In this document: piece after piece, positions 31,030 to 36,473 of the stretch | Layout of the letters: the number at the start of each line of letters is the position of its first letter | How positions within the stretch are numbered: the stretch's first letter is position 1 | Virus record (IMG/VR): IMGVR_UViG_3300012346_000047 | Span: 1-36,473 of that record | Source of the DNA: a virus | Taxonomy: Duplodnaviria > Caudoviricetes | DNA length: 36,473 bases | Strand: one strand, 5' to 3' | The notes under the pieces: model-generated | Told to the model about the DNA's origin: nothing | The model's input: only the letters and a program-made list of their open reading frames with translations | Databases searched by the model: none | Program-made: the position numbers and the translations under genes

Positions 31030-32223
31030 TTACAGAGAACCGCTAATGAAAGCGGCAGGACGGTAAACCGTCAGAGCCAAACGCTCTTCGGCCAACAGAG
31101 TAGCCATGTTCTTCTTGAAGTTGTCGCCATCTTCGAAGGAGATTTGAACTGCGGCATCCATACGATCCCAAATCTGTGCGCCCATTGTGAAAGCACCGAC
31201 CAAGAATGTGCCAGAGGCGATGCTGTTTGTAGCAACAACATTCTTACCCCATACGCGAGGAGCCAAAGCGTTGACAGGACCCATGTCGCCACCGAAGATG
31301 TACTCGCCATAGGTTGTCTTAGCCAACTCGATCTCTTCCCAATCAGCAGGGTTGATCACGATGGTGTCAGCTTGGTACTCAGACAATTGAGCCTGAGTGA
31401 TGGCCTTACGCAATGTGTCCAAGGCTGTGTCGCCTGTGACATGGCGGTTGAAGGCTGTGTAGTTGCCAGAGGCCAAGATACCAGCGATGTTGCCGCTTGT
31501 ACCTGAACCATTCAACAACTGGTCTTCTTCTTCCAACTTCAGACCGTATGTCAAACGACCGTTGACATAAGACTGCAACTGAGGAGCATCATCCAATACC
31601 TGACGTGAGACAGGGATGAAGTGAGCCAAAGTCACAACAGGAGCGTTAGCCAAAGTGAAAGTGATTGCTGACTCAGGCTTGGTCACATTCTCACGATTGG
31701 GGCTAGAGTACTGAGCACCCGCGTTGTTGGTGAATACATTCTCTTTGGTGTACTGAACCAAATTTGAAGATGTACGACCGACAGGCAAGACGTCACGGAT
31801 TGTCAACACGCGGTTAGGGGCGGTGTTGATTCCTGGAACGCGCATATCTTGCACGAGAGGCTGATTCTGACCAGTCGCGTTAACGATGGCAGTCTTAACT
31901 TCAATACGAGCAAACTTGCTACGACCTTGAGCCATTGCTTGGAAGGCGTCGGACTTGACCAACTGCTCACCAATTGACTCATTAGCTTTCTGGCCTTCTT
32001 TAGAAGAGTCAGACAACTTGCGCTCGAGTTCCAAACACTTGTCGGTCAACTCAGCGGCTTTAGTGCTGAGCTTTTCCATTGCGGATTTTGTTTCTGTTTC
32101 CACAGCTTTAGAGGCCGCGATTTCGCCATTGGCTTTTTCCATCCATGATTTCAGTTCACGGGTGGTGTTCAACAATGTGCTTTGTGTTTCCGCGAGGGAT
32201 TTGATTTCTGCGATATCAGACAT
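31030..32223 (-). CDS. Major capsid protein, HK97 fold
   Basis: N-terminal coiled-coil delta domain; KPESAITF..TLAHFIPVSRQVLDDAP..EEDQLLNGSG..AEERLALTVYRPAAF. Confidence 0.97.
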   Translation of the reverse strand: MSDIAEIKSLAETQSTLLNTTRELKSWMEKANGEIAASKAVETETKSAMEKLSTKAAELTDKCLELERKLSDSSKEGQKANESIGEQLVKSDAFQAMAQGRSKFARIEVKTAIVNATGQNQPLVQDMRVPGINTAPNRVLTIRDVLPVGRTSSNLVQYTKENVFTNNAGAQYSSPNRENVTKPESAITFTLANAPVVTLAHFIPVSRQVLDDAPQLQSYVNGRLTYGLKLEEEDQLLNGSGTSGNIAGILASGNYTAFNRHVTGDTALDTLRKAITQAQLSEYQADTIVINPADWEEIELAKTTYGEYIFGGDMGPVNALAPRVWGKNVVATNSIASGTFLVGAFTMGAQIWDRMDAAVQISFEDGDNFKKNMATLLAEERLALTVYRPAAFISGSL

Positions 32224-32234
32224 GGTATTTCCTT

Positions 32235-33257
32235 TTAAAGAGTCCGAGATGATTTTAGATTCTCAGCGATCATTCGCTGAAGCTCACTTGGCAATTTCAC
32301 TTCCTCGGACTCACTCCGAGAGAACAAACGCTTCGCACGACTTGCCGTAGCCGTAGCGAGCGACTTCGAGAAACCTCCTGCCTCACGCAAGAAGTCCTCA
32401 AAATCCTTGATGCTTTCAATTTGGTCAAGCGATGTCTTGACGCTTGTCAAGTCAACGCGAGCCATATCGTCTGCCGGAAATGTAACGACTGACACTTCTG
32501 ACAAGTCGCTGATGTTTTTGATGACGCGCACAGTCTGACCATTGATCTCAGAGAATTCAATGTCGCTCTGCTTCAGCATATAGCCAATGCTCAAGCCATC
32601 AATTGTTTCGTGTTGCATGGCCGCTTTGACAATGGCCGCCTCAGGGTTGCCATTGGTCAACTCGCCCTCGATGTATAAGCCTTTTTCATCCTCATACATC
32701 TTAGTCCATTTGCCGATTGGCACTTCCCAAGATTTGTGATTGACGAACATTTTTGGCATACGAGCCGAACCATTCATGATGGACTCAATCACGGACTTGT
32801 ATGCACCCGCCATGATCGTGTCGTTATAGCTGTCAATGCCACCAAAGGTTGAAGCGTATCCGCCAAACTTGCCGCTTGATGCGTCTGCAAATTTGAGGCT
32901 CACGCTGTTTAATGAAAGTTGCTTTCTTGCAATCATCTTACTCTCCGAGTCTTGTATCTTAGCCCATTCACGGTCTGCCCATGTCTTGCCTGAGTCACCG
33001 CCCCACAAAGCCCAAGCGATGCGACCATTACTGGGGTAGCCTTCTTCACCCTGACGGAAACCTTCCGCCTGTTTGTCAACTTCATGTCTTGCGAAAAAAG
33101 AAACCATGCGGCCAATTGTTTCGTCAGACAAATCCACCTTGTTCACAATGTCACGCGCCCTTGCGATGCCGACCTCTGTGCCGCCACGACCGAACTCGCT
33201 ACGCCAATCGAGGCCACGCTGTGCCTCATCGACCATTGCATTATTGGGGATTGGCAT
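32235..33257 (-). CDS. HK97-type prohead protease with an extra N-terminal domain
   Basis: FGGYASTF..DSYND..MFVNH..PIGKW..GLSIGY..EVSVVTFPA; about 107 additional N-terminal residues. Confidence 0.92.
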   Translation of the reverse strand: MPIPNNAMVDEAQRGLDWRSEFGRGGTEVGIARARDIVNKVDLSDETIGRMVSFFARHEVDKQAEGFRQGEEGYPSNGRIAWALWGGDSGKTWADREWAKIQDSESKMIARKQLSLNSVSLKFADASSGKFGGYASTFGGIDSYNDTIMAGAYKSVIESIMNGSARMPKMFVNHKSWEVPIGKWTKMYEDEKGLYIEGELTNGNPEAAIVKAAMQHETIDGLSIGYMLKQSDIEFSEINGQTVRVIKNISDLSEVSVVTFPADDMARVDLTSVKTSLDQIESIKDFEDFLREAGGFSKSLATATASRAKRLFSRSESEEVKLPSELQRMIAENLKSSRTL

Positions 33258-34470
33258 TGCTTTGATTTCCCAAGGATGTCAGAGGAGCCAAATTCAATTG
33301 AGCCGTGAGTTCATCTGCGCCATCTTTGCGGGGCAGATTCTCAAGCTGTCGCCATTCGTTGCGGGTCATCAAGCCATTCTGCACAGCTTGCGATGCAGTA
33401 TCCAAGCGTTCTTTCAAAGAACCGCGCAAGATCGCATCCAAGGAAAACTCAACCGTATAGAGTTCGCGCTGTCTTGAAGTCAACACTCTGCGGTCAATAC
33501 ATTGCTCAAGTGACTCAAGCATTGGGCGCAGACGGAACTTGTAGAAGCCCTCAATCAGTTGGCCGATGCCTGTTCCCCATGTGGTTGTTTTGTTGGTGTC
33601 GTTGATCATCACCGAGGAGATGCCAAACCAACGGCCAATATCCTCAACTGAGAATCTGCGCGTATCAAGCAACTGCAAATCAGCAGGAGTCAAACTCAAT
33701 GGCTCAAACTTTGCACCCGCCTCAAGCACCAACAAATCATCATCTGAACCTTCAACCAATCCGCGATAGTTGCCGCGAATCTTATTGCGTTGGTCTTCAG
33801 TCAACAATTTGTCGATCATGAAAACTCCAGGTCGCTTTCCGGATTTCTTGTATCCTAGCGATGTGTGATTCTGTGCATCAACTGCAATGCCAACAGAGTT
33901 ACGCATATAGTCAAGGCGGCTCATGCCAACAATGCCGTTACCCTTGTCGCGCCAATGGAAGATTGATTTCTCGTCGTATACGGCTACTTGTCCTTCGTAT
34001 TGGTATTTGTAAACGATTGACTTATCAACGAGTACATCCACTTCAACTTGGTCTGAAGAAAGAGGCCACATCTCAATAACTTCACCTGCATCATTGCGTA
34101 CAAGTCGTGCATATGCGTTACCTCTGAACAAATAATTCATCACCATGAACTGCCAAAACTCCATTGGAGTGTGGCGACGGTTTGGTGAGTCGTGCAACAA
34201 TTTCCACAGCATCGTGTCGCGAGCTAGTGTCTTGTGGCCTTCTGTGTCTTGTGATCGCTCGTAAACAAACAATGGCAAAGATGCAATGTTGTCGGTCAGC
34301 AGTTCAATGGATGCCCATACTGCGGACACTTGCAACGCGCCATCAATCCCATAGTCTTTGTTACTGTCATAGACGCGCGTGAACGGCTCGCCTAGCTGAA
34401 CGCCATCTTGTTGACCAGTAGAGCCAACATTGCCGAACCATCGGCGCAAGGATTGATAAAGTGTTGCCAT
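33241..34470 (-). CDS. Portal protein, HK97 family
   Basis: ALQVSAVWASIELL..IASLPL..GNAYA..LMTRNEWRQLENLP. Confidence 0.96.
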   Translation of the reverse strand: MATLYQSLRRWFGNVGSTGQQDGVQLGEPFTRVYDSNKDYGIDGALQVSAVWASIELLTDNIASLPLFVYERSQDTEGHKTLARDTMLWKLLHDSPNRRHTPMEFWQFMVMNYLFRGNAYARLVRNDAGEVIEMWPLSSDQVEVDVLVDKSIVYKYQYEGQVAVYDEKSIFHWRDKGNGIVGMSRLDYMRNSVGIAVDAQNHTSLGYKKSGKRPGVFMIDKLLTEDQRNKIRGNYRGLVEGSDDDLLVLEAGAKFEPLSLTPADLQLLDTRRFSVEDIGRWFGISSVMINDTNKTTTWGTGIGQLIEGFYKFRLRPMLESLEQCIDRRVLTSRQRELYTVEFSLDAILRGSLKERLDTASQAVQNGLMTRNEWRQLENLPRKDGADELTAQLNLAPLTSLGNQSNANPQ

Positions 34471-34474
34471 TTGA

Positions 34475-36007
34475 TTAGTGTTTCATTACAAGTGGTGCAT
34501 CTAAGAATCCGTCTAGATCGCCTTCAGTTTGTTTAGACATTCCGGCTACTCCAACCGCCATCGCTAGGGCGACTGCTCCATCAATGCGACCAGTTGCTTT
34601 CGCCTTATTTAATTTCCGATTTCCTGCGGCATCTTTTTCAACTCTAGCATTTGCCATGCACATAGTCAGAACTGGATTACCGCCATGAGCCATCTGCTCA
34701 TTCAAAAGTATTGTCTCAAGCGAATCAATCGCAGGAGCCATATCCTTGAAGCCCTGTCCGAATGGGACTAAGGGTAACACAAAGCCAAGCTCATCGATTT
34801 CCTTCTTCAACAAATCGAATCGCCACCTGTCAAACGCAACGGCCACGACATTGCAGTCTGTAAGTATTTCTACTATCTCCCGCGCAACCATCTCATAGTC
34901 AATGGATGCCCCGATAGTTGTTCTGATGTAGCCCTGCGATTCCCATACATCGTATGGTGCGCGATCTTTCCTCGCTCTGTCTTTCAGCCCCTTCTCAGGC
35001 GTCCAGAAGATTGGCTTGATGTGCCACTTGTCGCGCCACGCAATCAGAACCATGCTTGTCAGGTCGGTCTTGCCAGATAGGTCAAGGCCTACATAGACAG
35101 GCTCTTCATAAAAAACCGACTCGTCAGGCTCAGAACTATTGAGAATCCAAACGCCTTTGCTTACGAATGGGGCAACCATCTCAACTCGCTGATTCAACAC
35201 GAGGTTGCGAAAAGTCGGTTCAAAGCTCGGCATCCGCTTGGCTCTTGCGGCTTGCTCAATCACATCGTCCATGCTTCGGAAAGTTCCCAACGCGGGATTC
35301 GCTTTCTTCCACTCGGCAGGGTCTTCTAAATCACAATCCTTTGCCGCCTCATAAAGATGGCAAACAATGTTCTTGTCATCACTTGTCTTAGCGTCATCCA
35401 ACCAAATGCTAAACAAGTCGTTGTCGTTTGGGGCTTGCGTTGAGATTGCCAACAAGAGCGGGGCATCATGCGCACCTTGGCTCGTTGTGATCGCATCAAC
35501 GAAATCGCTGTTCGGACCTCTGACCTGACCTAGCTCATCAAGGATGGCCAAGATTGGCGACAGCCCATGCGCTGTCTTGCCCTCTGCGCTGATCGCCCTG
35601 TACTCCGTATTCATTGGCAAGCCGCACAGCTTCTTTGAGCTTGGCACTTCGCGCACAATGACGCGGAGCTTTGGCGACATAGCCACTATCTTTGATGCTA
35701 GGTCATAAACGATTGCCGCCTGTTCACGGCTCATCGCCCCACTGATAATCTGACTGTTCTTTTTTGCTTCAGGACCAACAAGGTGAGCAAGCAAAATACA
35801 GGCGATCAAAGCTGTCTTGCCATTCTTGCGGCCGATGCTCAGATAGCCGCGTCTTGTCGTGTGCGGGTTGTCATACACCTCAAGAATAAATTTCTTTTGA
35901 AAGTCATCAAGTTGAAAATCCACCCCGACAGATTTTCCACTTGGCACTTTGCAGTAGTGTTCAATGAAGGCAATCACCCTCTCACCGCGTGTCATTGGCT
36001 TGGTCAT
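34475..36007 (-). CDS. terL: Terminase large subunit
   Basis: Walker A GRKNGKT, Walker B AILDE, ISTQ, nuclease VGLDLS..DL, IDGAVAL. Confidence 0.97.
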   Translation of the reverse strand: MTKPMTRGERVIAFIEHYCKVPSGKSVGVDFQLDDFQKKFILEVYDNPHTTRRGYLSIGRKNGKTALIACILLAHLVGPEAKKNSQIISGAMSREQAAIVYDLASKIVAMSPKLRVIVREVPSSKKLCGLPMNTEYRAISAEGKTAHGLSPILAILDELGQVRGPNSDFVDAITTSQGAHDAPLLLAISTQAPNDNDLFSIWLDDAKTSDDKNIVCHLYEAAKDCDLEDPAEWKKANPALGTFRSMDDVIEQAARAKRMPSFEPTFRNLVLNQRVEMVAPFVSKGVWILNSSEPDESVFYEEPVYVGLDLSGKTDLTSMVLIAWRDKWHIKPIFWTPEKGLKDRARKDRAPYDVWESQGYIRTTIGASIDYEMVAREIVEILTDCNVVAVAFDRWRFDLLKKEIDELGFVLPLVPFGQGFKDMAPAIDSLETILLNEQMAHGGNPVLTMCMANARVEKDAAGNRKLNKAKATGRIDGAVALAMAVGVAGMSKQTEGDLDGFLDAPLVMKH

Positions 36008-36462
36008 CTTGCAATCAGATCGTCAAAGGAATTAATTGTGCGAGCAATTTTATTCTGCTCTGCACCCTGACCATTCAAAGTTCGCGGGTCTTGGCTTGTT
36101 TGATTCAGGCTAAGGCTTCTTATGATGGCAAGCTGTTGCCGCTGTAACGAATCAATGATGCTGATCAGAGGATTTGGGATCGGTGTGCCGCGATCATTCT
36201 TAACAATGATGCCCATGCGGTCTAGAGATTTCTGATGCTTGCGGATGTCTGCCTCAAGTCGGACAGCCTTTGCAACTAAGAGCAGATCAAAGTCACGCCA
36301 CCCATCGTGTGCGCGCGCGCGCGTGAACTGCCCCCAAATTATAATCTCATCTTCGTTTCTGAGTTCAACACCTTCTGGAAGCGGGGTCTTGTCAGACAGT
36401 TCGCTAACCAGTTGAACGACCTTTTCGATGCTGTTTAACCCTGCGGATTGGCCTTTTGACAA
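36004..36462 (-). CDS. terS: Terminase small subunit; true start may lie beyond the right edge
   Basis: GIIVKNDRGTPIPNPL..LSL motif; ATGA overlap with terL; frame stays open to the window end. Confidence 0.85.
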   Translation of the reverse strand: MSKGQSAGLNSIEKVVQLVSELSDKTPLPEGVELRNEDEIIIWGQFTRARAHDGWRDFDLLLVAKAVRLEADIRKHQKSLDRMGIIVKNDRGTPIPNPLISIIDSLQRQQLAIIRSLSLNQTSQDPRTLNGQGAEQNKIARTINSFDDLIAR

Positions 36463-36473
36463 TTTGTTTTGCC

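Noticed and set aside
22469-36070. Numerous plus-strand ORFs across the structural arm
   Set aside because: Antisense to well-supported genes, with no recognisable motifs.
36310-36323. GC dinucleotide run in terS
   Set aside because: Explained by the codons for TRARAH; no other support.

Overview
The window is a complete or nearly complete ~36.5 kb siphovirus genome with lambdoid/HK97-like organisation. The host is Gram-negative (spanins present); a betaproteobacterial host is only a guess from gene style. Minus strand, right arm: terS, terL, portal, prohead protease, HK97-fold capsid, a two-glycosyltransferase insert, neck, tail, tape measure, a compact tail tip and an expanded lysis module. 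Plus strand, centre: early genes (DUF932, ERF, YqaJ exonuclease, SSB-like, MazG-like). Minus strand, left arm: Cro-like regulator, a structured leader RNA, replication initiator, a modular mini-gene array, nin-type genes, a DNA-hypermodification operon, a Q-like regulator and a packaging HNH. No integrase, CI repressor, DNA methyltransferase, tRNA or CRISPR was seen. Three highlights. (1) A glycosyltransferase-like domain next to the capsid gene has no start codon in its frame and appears to be reached by a -1 frameshift (A AAC CCC plus stem-loop) from a small post-capsid protein, suggesting a virion-glycosylation module. (2) A translationally coupled ParB / nucleotidyltransferase / HAD-kinase / glycosyltransferase / TET-JBP operon may make its own activated donor and has no partner C5-methyltransferase. 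(3) An array of small genes is built from shared peptide modules with repeated DNA junctions. All family assignments come from motif recognition by eye; no database search was run.
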